DNA of 64,000 nucleotides from Oopsacas minuta (lineage: Eukaryota; Animalia; Porifera). Positions within the stretch are counted from its first letter, which is position 1, and each line of letters starts with the position of its first letter. The position numbers and the translations under genes are program-made. Positions 1 to 13,449 of this stretch are shown one piece after another. Under the pieces are notes generated by a model, which did not search any database, was not told the origin of the DNA, and saw nothing but the letters and a program-made list of their open reading frames with translations. The stretch covers positions 247,260-311,259 of the forward strand of contig JAKMXF010000328.1 in the NCBI GenBank assembly GCA_024704765.1. Reading direction: 5' to 3'.

Positions 1-39
1 CACCATTATCAAATTTGCGTGATTCTTACCCCTCTAAAA

Positions 40-465
40 CTTTGCCTATTACTGGATGGAAATTGCTTATTTTCTTCTAATTCATATTATTGACAGGAAG
101 TGTAGATAATTTCCAAAATTAGGATGATTGTCGTTGAAAATATGGTTGGAAAGTTGAAAGAAGCCTATAATAAGTTCATTCTAAATAAATATCCACAAAC
201 TGTGATTAATTTTAGGAATGTTGATGATTATATTGTCAAATAAAAAATGCGAAATAATTGCAGAAATTAAGATATTTGCATTAGCACTATTGTCGAGAAA
301 AGATATATGGTTTAATAGTAGTGAAATGGGACATAAATGGATGATATTCTCTGGTAGAGGTGTGAGTTTAATTGACGCAATCCAATCACCTCCCGTAAAT
401 ACTGCTGGGTCAATATATTTAAATCATAATTGGGTCCAGTATGAATCGATGTTAAGGACAGATAA
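40..465 (+). pseudogene. OTU-like cysteine protease domain remnant (frameshifted)
   Basis: Manual translation across frameshifts gives PITG-DGNCLFSS..YYLTGS (~45-110), then VDDYIVK.KMRNN, AEIKIFALA and SIYLNHNWVQYESML (ORF 218..481). These match the OTU Cys-loop, helix and His-loop layout. Confidence 0.6.
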
Positions 466-1398
466 GGCTAAAGTGATCTAATTTTGTATTTCAAGTAATG
501 GTTACAATTATATTCCAAATACTGTACATGTATATATTTATATCCTAACCTGTAACAATGTTCCCAGTTGGCTTTAGTCTTCTTGTAAATATAATTATTA
601 GTACTAATCGAGAGTTTATATGTCACGGCCGAAATGAGTACAAGACAAGTTTCAGCCAAGTTAAGTACTCATTTTGGCCTAGGCTAAATTGAGTATGATC
701 GGATCTATCAACTTATTAACTCGTCTACAATATAGACAACCTATCAACTGGTCTAATCAGCTCAAGGTTAATTTCGTTTTGAGAGAAGTAAAACGGTTGC
801 TAAATACATGAAGCAAGGTTGTACTTTCTAAGGACCTCGATGAAAAACCATAGTTATTATACTTCTTACATTCGACTGCTTCGTATGACTCGAGTCTTAT
901 ATTTCAGATTATATAGCTTAAAACATTCAGATGTATTCCCAACTATTACGTATGTTGATAGGTTACGTAAATTTCTTTAAATGTGATTAATTAAATCAAT
1001 AACATTTAACAAAGCATTTATAGATTGAGACAAGAATTATTCATAACAATTGTGAAACTGTTATGACTAAACTGGGACGAAAGACTAAAAGAGTTAGAAC
1101 AAGTAGTCATTTTATCCAAATATAGATTTGGGGTGGCGTAAGTAAACCATTTTGAATACTGCGATAACCTCAGTCACATTGTCCCGTAATAATTGTATTG
1201 AAATACATACGTGGTATGAAGATTGGACTTATGAATATTCAATATATCAAAATAGATGAGTATTTTGCTCTTTCATTATTCATTTGTTGTAACAACATTA
1301 AAATGGAAACCAAGAGAAGAGTTATAACGTGTTACTTTACGCGATAAAAAACAGTCATACTCTTTAGTCTTATGAAATAGTCTAGTATTATACTAGGC

Positions 1399-3713
1399 CA
1401 GTGGTTCTCAAACTGTTTCTCATTGCGTACCCCTCAAGCTGGATCTTGTGTGTGATGTACCCCTTAAAATAGCCTGCATTGTAAATATTAGATTTACTAT
1501 GAAAAATAAAAGTGTGTTTTATTCTAGCAATATAAATAAAGTGCATAATTAATTAGTAGGAAGGATGTGCTTGCATGTTGTATATTAGGCTATCAATTCG
1601 TGGCACCGTTTTTGCAAGGGCCAGACGGAGATCAGCTGCCACAAACAACCGCGCTCGAAATTTGTTTTTAATTAGTAATAGCGCTGAAAATCCTTGTTCA
1701 CAAAGGTAAGTACTGGGAAACATCAACAAGGTTTTTACTACTCTATCTGCCACGTTGGGCTATATCAAGCTCATTTCGCACCAGAACTTTGTGAGTGCGA
1801 GTGTTTCAAATTGATGTCGGGCATTAGAATCATTGACTAATTCAACAAATTCCTCTTGCACTCTATCTGGTATAGAACTTACGTCGCAACAAAAATGGAT
1901 TTCGAATCATTTTCATGTCCAGGTCGCTCAGATCTGGGAAGTAAGTTGGAAATTCATTTTGCAATGCTGAGAGGTGAGCCTCTTACTAGTGCACCTGTAC
2001 TCTAATCTGTAGTACCCTCTTCTCTAAGAGTTGCTGAGAGACTTTCAAAAAATCGAACTTTCCCACGGTTATTTAGCTTCCCAGAGTTCTAACTTCATAA
2101 TAAATTCCCGAATCTTGTCCACACAATCAATCACGGTAGTAAACCGTCCTTGGAGGGACTTGTTGAGCAGGTTGATTCGAGAGAAGATATCATTTAAGTA
2201 GGCGAGTTTTTCAGCCATTCTTTGTCTGAGAGTTTGCCGAAGAATACTTCTGACCTCTCTTCCCCCATCTCTTTCAAAGAATTCAAGCAATTGGTTTTTC
2301 AGTGAATATACTCGAGAGAGCATGTTCCCTCGTGAGAGCCAACGAACTTCAGTATGGAACACTAATTCTGATGGTCAATATCTAATTCTTGGCACAATAG
2401 GCGGAACACACATGTACTCAGAGCACTGGACTTGATAAAATTAACCATGGTGACAACATCATCAAGAACAAGTTTTAGATCGGATGGAAGTGTTTTAGGC
2501 GCAAGAGCGTATCGGTGTAACATACAGTGATTGTGTTTCGAAACGGGATTCACTGTCTTTCCCTGAGCTCGAAATCCCGAATGAATTCCAAGCATAGCAG
2601 GAGCACCATCTGTTGTGCAAGCTGAAACATTCTTTCAGGATAGTCCCATTCTATCAAAGTAATCAGAGACCTGCTGGAAAACATCTCCTTTTGTGGTTGT
2701 TTCCAAGCAATGGCAAAATAGGAACTCTTCCTTGAAGTTCCCGTCTTTGATGACCGTGCAAATACCAGTAGTTGTGCACAACTAGAAATGTCCGTTGACT
2801 CATCAAGTTGAATTGAAAACGTGTTCAACGGGGTTCCCAAAATCTCAGCAATTACCTGCTGCTCAACGTCGTCTGCCATATCTGTAATTCGGTGCTTGAT
2901 CGTGTGGTTCAAGAGAGGCGAGTTTCTTTCGGCGCTATCTCCCAAAATGTAGTGCACGATGTCTTTACAATAGGGGAGTATAAGATTTCTGCAATCGTAT
3001 GTGGTTTCTTTTCTTGAGCGATTCGCAAAGCCATCATGTACGAGGCACGGAGACCTGCTTGAGTCTGTTGACTCAATTGTCTTCTGTGATCTATACGGAT
3101 TCGCTTTACTCCTACCTCATGGTGCTTGAAGAAATCTATATCCTTATCTGCAAGATTTGGGTGGCACCCGCTTAAATGGCGTCTTAGAAAACTTGGTTTC
3201 ATCGAGCCCTCGGATAGCACCTTAAAACATATTACCCATTGTGGCAGTTCCTGTCCCTCTTTAAGTATGGATGTAATCCATATTTGATATAATTTTCATT
3301 ATATTTCCGTTTCTTAGCAGAATCCATGTGAATTTGGCGATAAAGTCAAGGTCTCAAAGTAAATACTCTTCCAATTTCCGTCTTATTCCATTTTATAAGA
3401 ACAATACGATACACAGGTAGGTGTGATATTCAAATCAATATGACTTGATACATATGTACGGACAATGGAATCCTTAATTAGCATAACCTCAAACAATAAA
3501 TATTCTAAGGTGATAATAATTAGTGATGAAACCATTGCAACTGATACATATTAATTATTTGGATGGAATTACTATCTATGTGCTGAGTATGTTGACGTGA
3601 TGGAGTGTAACTCGAAATATTTGTATATGATTATCAGAGAATTGATATGATTAGGGGAAACACCGGCGTACTCCTAGGAAAAGTGCTGGCTTACCCCAGT
3701 TTGAGAACCACTG
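1399..3713 (-). mobile_element. hAT (Buster/Charlie-type) DNA transposon, decayed
   Basis: TIRs CAGTGGTTCTCAAACTG (1399) and CAGTTTGAGAACCACTG (ends 3713). Flanks tacTAggc / aagTAggt are a degenerate nnnTAnnn TSD. Confidence 0.9.
1553..3327 (-). pseudogene. Buster-type hAT transposase (ZBED5/SCAND3-like), frameshifted
   Basis: Fragments MDSAKKRKYNENY, MKPSFLRRHL, FSIQLDESTDISSCAQLLVF, HCMLHRYALA, HTEVRWLSRG and FPSTYLCEQGFSALL, split across several frames. Confidence 0.9.
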
Positions 3714-5867
3714 AAGTAGGTCATGAATTCACACTCTCAACTGTATAATTATAACAATACTATTATTTATTTTCATTTGAAATTTTTTGCTAAAATGCGT
3801 ATTCAGTCGAATAGTATTGTTTCGATAATTCACTGAAATTCATTTGGTGTAATTTTAGTTGGCAGATCCCGTGATTTGAGATTTTTTATGTTATATTTAT
3901 GAATATGTCATTTTTCAAATTGACGATAGACCATTCAAAATATATGCTTTTCCCCGATTATTTAACCTTCTAATAGCCATAGACTTATCTAAACAGATAG
4001 ATGGGGGTAATTCAATACGTTGATTCAGAATTTTTACTTTTAACTTGTTTCGCTCCAATCTCCTTCAGTAATCCAGTATTTAATAAAACTAGAGAGCTTC
4101 GATTGCAAGGTCGCTGCACTGCAGCTCAGTGTTCCAGGTTAGCTTAAGTATCGGACAGCTATATTTTATTGTGCTATTGGTCGCTATGCGACATAATACA
4201 CTCGGCACTATGTACCTCGAACTCACAGAATAGTGAAAAATTTCATATTTTATTATCCATGGTCCATCTAAATTACATTCAATCGCTTCTCTAGTGTCCT
4301 AGAAATGATATGTCACTTTGGGTTAGTAATTACCGCACTTCGTCCCTCGAGTATTCAGAAATTTGGAAATTTTTGATCTTTTGTACAGTCATGGTGACGT
4401 AACAATCCCATGATGAGGTTGCTTTTAGTCAAAATCATGACGTCAGGACATTTGTCACTTTGAGGGACCTGTGATTCAAACAAATGTCCTGACGTCATGA
4501 TTCTGACCAAAAGCTAACTCATCATAGGATTATACGTCATCACTACTGTACAAAAGTCAAAATTGTCGTAATTTCTTTATACCCGAGGCACGAAGTGCCG
4601 TGATTACTAACCGAAAGCGACATATCATCTCTAGTGACGCCACAGGATGTAATTTAGAAGGACCTTGGATAATATAATCTCAAAATTTCTGCTGTGTTAT
4701 AAACTCGAGGTACGAAGTGCTGAGTTTATCCCGTCACGTAGAGACCAAAACCATTAAGAAATATATCAATTCATTACTTAATCTAGCCTGAGGCGCTAAG
4801 CTGTGTTGATTGAAGAAACTGGAGGATCCCAGGGTTGATCTTTTGCATACAAGGGGTATTTTGTGTCAGGCTTGGACAAGTTCGAATCTGAGACAAAAAT
4901 TCACACCTATGACGAAATTATGACGGCATTGTTACCTTTTTGCATTTTCGAAAATCACATTATTAACCACTACTAAGCCAATATACATGATAGAAGTTTG
5001 AAATTACATTGAGGAGTAACTGTAATTTAACTATCATGTATATCGGGTGAGCAGTGATTAATAATGTGATTTTCTGAAATCCAAAGAAATGACAATTACG
5101 TCATAGGTGTGAATTTTCGTCCAAGACTCAAACATTTTCCGAGCCAGGTCCAAAATACCACTTTATGCCAATAATCAGCCCTGAGGGGTTCCAGTTTCTT
5201 CAATCAATTCTGGACATACAAACATATATGTGTGTCCTTATTCTGAGCAATACATACTACATCTATATTATTCAAACGTAATTAATCTGTATAAATATGT
5301 GTTTGTATGTCCAGCATTGATCGAAGAAACTGGAAGCCCCTCAGGGCTGATTTTTGGCACAAGGAGGTATTTTAGACCAGGCTCGAAAAAATTTGAGTCT
5401 TGGACGAAAATTCACATCTATGACGAAATTATGATGTAATTGTCACCTTTTTGGGTTTTCAAAACATCACATTATTAACCACTGCTCAGCCAATATTCAT
5501 GATAGAAGTTTTAAGTTTGAATCACATATAGCCCTCATTTGACAAATGTCCTGACGTTATGATTCTGAGTGCAAACTAATTCATCATGGGATTATTACGT
5601 TATGATGGCTGTCAAAACATTTTCCTAATTTTGAAAAATTTTAGAATTTCTTTATCTGATCCACGAAGTGTCGGGAATACTAACCAAAAGCGACACTGCG
5701 TCTCCAGTAGTGTCACCACAGAAGGCATTTGATTGTAATTTGGATGGACCACGTATAATATGATATTAAAATTTTAACTATTCTGTGAATTCGAGGCACG
5801 GAGTGCCAAATATTTTTATTTCGTGGTGCAACGACCAAAACTCCAAAAGCACTAAGAAATTTATATA

Positions 5868-6926
5868 CAGTCTGTAACATAAATATTGAGAATTTGTCCT
5901 ATTTCTGTTGCTTCAATAATATTCGCTTAATCAAGTTATCAATAGCACAGTGCACTAATAATACAATACTAATCAATATTTAATTGAGAATCCATTCGAT
6001 TCTATGACCATTTTACAACGTCGCGGTAGTGAATCACAGTAGAGCTGAAGAAAATCAGGGCTTATGTCTGCCCACAATAATTCTAGCTCTCTCTTGAGTT
6101 CAAAAATTGTCCTGGGCCTCGTTTCAAAATTTCTCGTTTTACCCAAGCAAACAAATTTTCAATAGGGTTTAAATCTGGACTTTGGTGTGGCCATGGTAGT
6201 TGTTTAGGGATATTTTTTATCAGAAATGCCTTAGCAACTTTAGAAGTGTGTTTGGGATCATTACCCATTGCCAGGCGCCATTGGTCCTGATGAAATATTT
6301 CAGCCTGGGTTAGCAAACGGCCTTCTAAAATGCGTATGAACATCTTAGCATCCATATTGTCAGTGAAGATACATAGTGGAAATGTTCCCATTGAGCTAAA
6401 TGCAGCCCATGCATTAATTTTTGGGACATGTTTCATTGTTGGAACCACACGTGTTTTCCAAGATTTTATCCACATTTTTATCTTTCCTCTACCGAGCCAT
6501 ATAGACATCTCATCGGCAAAAACTGTTGGCGCCCATGATTTCTTAGGATACATGTGCTTTCTGGCCCATTTTACTCGAAAGATTCTGCTTTTTTCACTTA
6601 CTAAGGGTGGATTAGATGGATATTTCTTAGTGTAATCGACCGTTTGTAAGGCACGCCAAACAGTTTCATGAGATGGCCTGCCAGGAATAAGATGGGCTAA
6701 AGACCTTGTAGACAAATATGGCTTACGTCTAATTTGCTGGGCCAGACTTCTTAGAATGGAGAGTCTCATAGTAGGTGGCCTTCCAGACCCTTTCTTGCGC
6801 CCCAAACAAACAATATTTGAATCTCTAGGTTTTACTCTATAGACTGTCGCCAAACTTACACTCAAAGATTTGGAAATGTGGTAGGATAGTAATTTATCAA
6901 TTTATCAATTTTTATGCTACAGACTG
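5868..6926 (-). mobile_element. Tc1/mariner (IS630-Tc1) element, 1059 bp
   Basis: TIRs CAGTCTGTA(A/G)CATAAA with TA on both sides (5866-5867, 6927-6928). Inserted in the 3' end of the Helentron-like element, which resumes after 6928. Confidence 0.9.
6083..6865 (-). pseudogene. Tc1-like transposase, probably inactive
   Basis: VFADEMS, MGNDPKH (the usual QDNDPKH Asp is replaced by Gly) and WPHQSPDLNPIENLF; frameshifted C-terminus. Confidence 0.85.
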
Positions 6927-7384
6927 TACTTAATTCATGATGAGGCATGAAGTGCTTAGTACTGTCATCCAGCGAACTAGCATGCGGTTCGCTCAGTACA
7001 GGATAATTGTGTTTTAATTAGGGCTTAAACGAATATTCGAATATTCGTTCGTTTTGATAACTAAGTATTTCACACCTTCATTGCAATATCTGATGAAGAT
7101 GTAATTGGGGTGAGAATGATATTTTGTTCAGTTACTTAGATGGAAATATATTTTCAATCATCATAACTCATTGAACAGAGCATTAACCGAATAAGAGCGC
7201 AAAATGTGTGATTTTATGACTTCAAAGGTGGTAAAATCTCGATTTGAGTGTGGGAATTGGTTGAAACGAAGTTGTCAAATTTGCTGTTCCTTTGCGTTAC
7301 TAACATAACACTTCGGTAGTAATGGGTAAAGCCATCCTCATATTTCGGAGCGTCCTCCTTTTCATTCTTTTAGATTAACATTAG

Positions 7385-8400
7385 ACGAGCCTTTGGCTCC
7401 TCGCTTCCGATGAACTCAGCATTACGCATCGAGGTATTCATTATTCTCCAAATTGACAGCCCCTTTGAGTATTATAATATAGATAAACAAAGAACAATGT
7501 GATTCACAAATATACATAATATATTATTGAATTATTTTGTTACCCTTTGTAGCCGTTGAGAGCAAGTATCTACGAAAATTTTGAGGTTTGCAAAATTATT
7601 CCTTTATAGTGATAAAAACAGCAATGCATTTACATATCAACGGAAAAACAAACAACCAATGCCATATTCCGTCTCAGCATGCCCGATTATCCCAGAATAG
7701 TCGTTGAAAGTATGATTCAAATTTCAAAATTGAGGTATAATTTTGGAATTTGTTTAATTTATGTACCTAAAAGTAAACAAACTTTCACAATATGTTGTTT
7801 ATAATATCATATTTGGACTCAGCATGCTAGATTACCCTTGTATAGCTTTGAAAGCATGATTCTACATCAATTTTGAAATTTGTTTACTTTATATTCATAA
7901 AAACTACAATAAATTACATATGAGAAACTTGAAAATGCGAATTCGGATTCAGCGCACTTAGTTACCATTGCGTAGCCATTTAGAGCATGGGTGTGCAAAC
8001 TTTTTTCTGCGCGGGCCGCATTCTAATTCCAAATTTTTATGCGGCCCCTATTGATCTACTACTATGTTCCATGTTCTTATTTTTATAGAAAGTCTATTAG
8101 TTAATTGTAATATAAACAATAACGAGCCTTTGGCTCGTCGCTTCGCGATGAACTCGACGCATTGCGCCTCGAGTTATGCATTATTCTCCAAATTGATGGC
8201 CCCTTTGAGTAATATCATATAGATATATATAGAACAATGTAATTCACAAATATACGTATATGACATACATATTTTTGAATTATTTTGTAAGATCAGCCGC
8301 CTTTATTGCCGTTGAGTGCAAGTAACTACGTATATTTTGAGAATTAGCTAATTTGTTTACGTTTTATTCATAAAACCAACAATATATTTACATATGAGAA
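7385..8400 (+). repeat. Two diverged direct copies of a dispersed repeat (~7385-7640 and ~8122-8400)
   Basis: Both start ACGAGCCTTTGGCTC(C/G)TCGCTTC...GATGAACTC and continue CATTATTCTCCAAATTGA..GCCCCTTTGAGTA...TTCACAAATATAC. Confidence 0.7.
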
Positions 8401-9465
8401 ACTTGAATATGCAAAATCAGTAGGATGAAATTGAGTTCTTTCTCTATACTGTAACATTAAATAACTGATATTGACATTATGAAAATTTGACTGGAGATGT
8501 ATTGGGAGCGTGCTCTCAAGACCCTCTATAACTTTAAGCTACAACCTCAACAGTTAAGTGTTAAATTCATTCTTTAATACCCAAATTTTCTACAATTAAG
8601 CTGTTTAATTGATTCTAAGTAAGATATACTTAATTTCTACACGATATTTACAACACAGACTAAACAAAATACGAAACACGAAATACAGACACAGACACAG
8701 ACGCCTCACATAACTTCTTGTTGTTGTTGTTGTCTCCTGCAGCGCCGCTGTAGTTGCCACTGCCTCCTTCTACGGCTCCCATTTTCGCACTAAATTGTAT
8801 TAAGGGTGAACGGGTGATGTATATAGATTGTAATTACAATGTTCTCATAAGTTCGGAGCAAATTGGTTAAAAAAGGGTGGCCATGGCCACCACGCCCAGG
8901 TCTGCGACCCTGTAGTTGTAGGTTGTTGATTAGAATTTATTTGTAAATAGTTACCAAGTTAAGTATTTATATCAGTGACGATCAAAGTATTGATATATCG
9001 GGAAAAATGTAATTAATATATTACCTATTAAGTTACTTCCATTTAGACTTGGAATGCATCATAGAAGTTCATTAATTCATTAATTAAATAATTCAGTAAT
9101 CATTCAGTTTGGCATTAATATTTGTAGCGATAAAAAAAAAGTATTTTGAAATAGTGGGAAAATATATACTTATCATCTTGATCTAAAATGAATCGCAATT
9201 ATTTAGTTCCATGTAGACTTGGAATCTATCATATAAGTTCATTAATTAAAGAATTCAGGAATTTATGTTAATGTTGTTTTAATGGACCATTTGCGACTTA
9301 ATTAACATAAACACCCTGCTAAAATGGTCCAATGTTGGCTGATCTATATCAGATTTATATATCGCTACTCCCTTTAGGTAGTCGAGTTGATAGAAAGATA
9401 TAGTTTATAATTTTTATGATTTATATACACTCCAAGTATATAGATACTATAATAGTACACTCCAA

Positions 9466-9468
<3 letters not shown>

Positions 9469-9500
<32 letters not shown>
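9469..9500. repeat. (CA)16 microsatellite
   Basis: Read directly from the sequence. Confidence 0.95.
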
Positions 9501-9503
<3 letters not shown>

Positions 9504-10219
9504 TTCACTTGTTTTAAGAATCTCAAAAATTTGTCCTACCCCTAACGTAACTGTACTAACTGTTGTTCTAAATAGTCTATCCGTTCAATTTGTTATTTTT
9601 GTTTTGCTATCAATTCAGAGATATATTCCATAAATATAAATATTACTCAACACAACCATTGAATCTAATTACCTGAAATTCAAGTCTTGTAATATTGAAT
9701 TCTTCGGTCTTAAAGAAATTATTGTGTCAATGGGTGTATAATGAGAGGATGAAGGTGTGTTGAATAAGTCAGCAGATGTGAGATCGAATTTGAATTGACA
9801 TGAGTCTGTTCCCCAACGACACAGGAGGTTGTGATATTTGAAGTTGTGTTTGTGTAAGTTCATAATTTGTAATCGTAACACACAATTTGTTAAGCGCCTA
9901 TACAATTTCGATCTAACATACTATTATGGATTAGTATGAAGAGAAACTTAGATCAGCTCGTGGATGTGACAGAATGATAACATTCACCGCCGAAATTGGG
10001 GGGCGCGCAAGGTTCTTATTCAGAACTCTTTAAAAGCAGCGGAGCGGATATTGCGAGAATATCCGATTCTCAAGCTGGTGTGTGTTTTGTTATTGTATAT
10101 TTTGTTGTATTTCGCAATTATGTCGGATGTTGTTTTATAAGTGTAAAATGAATCCATAGTATTGTGTTTGTGGGGTCTGGTAAAATGTTAAAAATTTAAA
10201 AACGTAAGTATTTGTACAC

Positions 10220-12250
10220 AATGTTAAAAGTATATAGAATCAAAATGTTCATTGCCAGCATTTCCGCTAAGATTGTAATATAATATACACAATTTTTGCC
10301 CTTCAAAATCGGATCACACTCCATAGGAGTGTCTAATAGGTGATGTACAAAATTGGGTAAAGTATTCCAATTTACACAATCAGCTACAGATATATCAACT
10401 CCAGCGATAGCACCTAGCATGGTTAATTTAACATTTGTGCCCCACTCATTTGATACAAAGACGGTATTTATATGTTCATTTAATTGTTCATTAAAAAAAC
10501 CAGAGGCTCCTCATAAGGTTGAAGTGATATTGAGGAGAGTTGATAAAATTATTTATCAAACTATGCTTTAGTATCTCAAAATTGTTTTCGGTACCAAAGA
10601 TAAAATGAGATAATGCAAGTATAGACAATTTCCATCAAGCTGTACTTTATATACTGAAGCAGGCTGACCAAAATACCTTACCAATTGTAACTGGAGTGAT
10701 GTATAGTAATTGCCAATTCTAAATAAGTTTGTCACGATTTGGCAAAATTGGTAAATGTAAGTCAATACTATGTTCAAGCCTTTGACGCATTGCGAGTGAA
10801 AATTTATTGACAAAACCATTTAAGAAGTAGTGAAACCATTCAAATCGTTCATGAATTATGCCATCAAATATACATTCCAGGTCAGATCTGGTCACCCTAT
10901 CATGAGCACCCATATCCATGGTATTGTCAATTACTTCCAATGGACTAAATGCCCCTAAAGTTAATTTATGAGGTTGACACCCCATAACTATCAATCCTAA
11001 TGGAATTCTGACCCTGCTTAATACAACTTAAAGCTGTCCACGGCTAAAAATAGCATCAGGGGATGGTAGATATATACCCACAGAATCCAAACTCTGCCCT
11101 TGACCTTTATTAATAGTTATGCAATAGGCTGAGCGGATAGGGAATTGCCTTCTCATGAGAAAATACGGAAGTTCAGACTCAGATGAAGTCAAGAGCATTC
11201 GTGGTATAAACATACGTTTACCTTTGTGTACCCTTGTGGCGATTGCTGCATCAATAACCCGATTTAAAAATGCCCTCACGATTAAGCGAGTACCATTACA
11301 TAGGCCTCATCGGGATCATGATTACGCCATAAAATAATTGAAGCAAATTGTTTCAAAATATGCGATGTGTGGTGGCATACCATTAGGTGTAATGGAATTT
11401 AGAAATTCTGAAGGAAAGTTGATAGCAGTGGATTCTTTCACAGACTCAGCACTCAATAGTGTTACTCCTCCCCCTGGCAGCTGATGAACAACATGGTTAT
11501 TAATTTGATCACATGTTTCATTCTTGGACACATTATTATTCCCCGACTAATAAAATCACAATTAGTGCAGTTTTCAAGAATATTCCATAGACGGAGTTTA
11601 CCAAGTCAGAGATATTACTACCGTATACTACAAATCTCGTTCTCAGGTTCAGTGCCTTCCCCGACCCTAAGTAGAAAATTAGAGAAATTACTCACTTCAA
11701 TGGCATTTTGAGATGACAATTTTTTGAAGCGCATATTTATAGTGAGTTTCATGACTTTTAACATGCCGCTAGAGGACTGACCAGTTTATGCATACTGATA
11801 TAATTTCAGGCCTCGAGCCATGTTTTACTACAGGAGGGATCTGACGGAAGTCACTTCCGAAAACCATAACTAGGCCACCGAATGGGAGATCACATGAACA
11901 AATGTCCCTCAAACTACGATCCACACATTCGGCAACATATTTATTGGACATACACGCTTCGTCCCAAACCAAAAGTTGTGTACGCATAATTAACTTTGCT
12001 AAAGCAGATTGCTTTGTAATGTTACAAACTGATAACTCATGAGTATCGATTGGAACTTTTACCCTAGAGTGTACCGTTCTCCCTCCTTGTATGAGTAGTG
12101 CAGCTATGCCACTACTTGCTATACCAAGGGGAAATTGGCCTGTGATCGAACTTTGGCTAGTAGCGTGTTATAAAGGAATGTTTTGCCTGTATCCCCAGGA
12201 TCATCGACAAAAAATTACTGAATCAAATATACCCAATTTATCTGAATTAA
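10220..12250 (-). mobile_element. Helitron remnant: PIF1 helicase followed by an OTU domain
   Basis: FFVDDPGDTGKTFLYN (~12170-12215), SSGIAALLIQGGRTVHS, LLVWDEACM, PFGGLVMVFGSDFRQIPPVV, RRQFPIRSAYCITINKGQGQSL and GQL*VVLSRV. Downstream come DGNCLY.ALSHFIFGTE, NEWGTNVKL and GNEHFDSI. Confidence 0.85.
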
Positions 12251-13449
12251 GTAATAGGCCAGATCGAGAAAAGTAAACATCGTCGGTTAAACTTCTACAT
12301 AAGGGAAAAGTTGCCTTTACTCTTTTCTAGGAAATGTGAAAGATAAATTTGAAAATATTTCGAGTTGACCCTTGCGGTTTTATATTTTGCTGAGTCACTT
12401 TCGCAAAATTGACCTTAAATTGCCCGAATTTCCTAACTCCTTTGGCATAGCCTCTTTAGATATATTATTTGGTAATAGTAAGTCACATATTTGCTATCGA
12501 ATGGTGTATTAGGCTAATTTCTATGTCCAAGGATACTCAAGTTATCAAGATATTTTTTGCATATTCTATCATACCCTAATAATATTACCCACCCTCCTAT
12601 TTTCCGAAGATTTGAAAATGCATAATTCTTACAAAAATGGCTATATACTCACCAAACTTAGTATAATTCTGTATCTATATCCAAATCCATCAATAGATTA
12701 CCACAAAGAAATTTACCAACTTTCCCTATCTCTTGCTCTTAACTTAGTTACCATTTATCTAGCATGGAATTATGGTCAATTATTGCATCTAAATATATAC
12801 TCAATCAAATCATTCATATTATAGAGTGATTATATTCATTTAATTTATGTATTTTTTTGAATATGGCAGAATACACGCTTAGTATTGTATTATTTCATCC
12901 TGTTTTGGTTATCCTGGACCCATTCCAGAAGATCTACTCCCAATAAAACTGGATCTATACAATCATTATGGCATGCTTAGAAATCATAAACTACTTTAAT
13001 AAAGGACTGTGGGCTGCCAGCTCGGGTCTTGGAACTTGGGTTCATTGTGCATTTATCGAGATCTCGTAAACGGCTATAGTTAGATACCCCAAATGTGTTA
13101 TTGTTGAATAGGAAGTTATACTTTTAGAGCCTATTGGTCATGTTGTCTTACCTGAAAGATTTGTGGAATGTGAGTTATGCGGTTTTCACACCTTTCCACA
13201 TTATGTTAATAATGTCAAAATATCGCTTCCAGGTAGAGTTAGACATGATAAAAGTGTTATTATACAATGGAATTCATGGGTAAGGAGTCATTTAGTCACA
13301 TTTCCTTACCTCAAATATTTGTGGGATGTGAGTTATGCGGTTTCACACCTCCATATAAGGTAAAATCGTGAATATTTCGTAATTGGTACGAGTTAGTTAT
13401 GACAAATGTATAATTATCTTGTAGTCTCTTAGTTTAGCAGAACATTAGC

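Larger units (their letters stand above)
4089..7000. repeat. Cluster of Helitron/Helentron-like non-autonomous element pieces in alternating orientation
   Basis: Inverted arms at 4160-4460/4485-4770, 4808-5005/5020-5210 and 5030-5230/5295-5500. The 3' end has a short hairpin plus CTAG|T (minus-strand end at 4089). The same sequence recurs at 19778-19935 and 58895-59435. Confidence 0.65.

Noticed and set aside
9669-9905. 78-aa ORF ending at a possible splice donor
   Set aside because: No recognisable domain and no partner exons.
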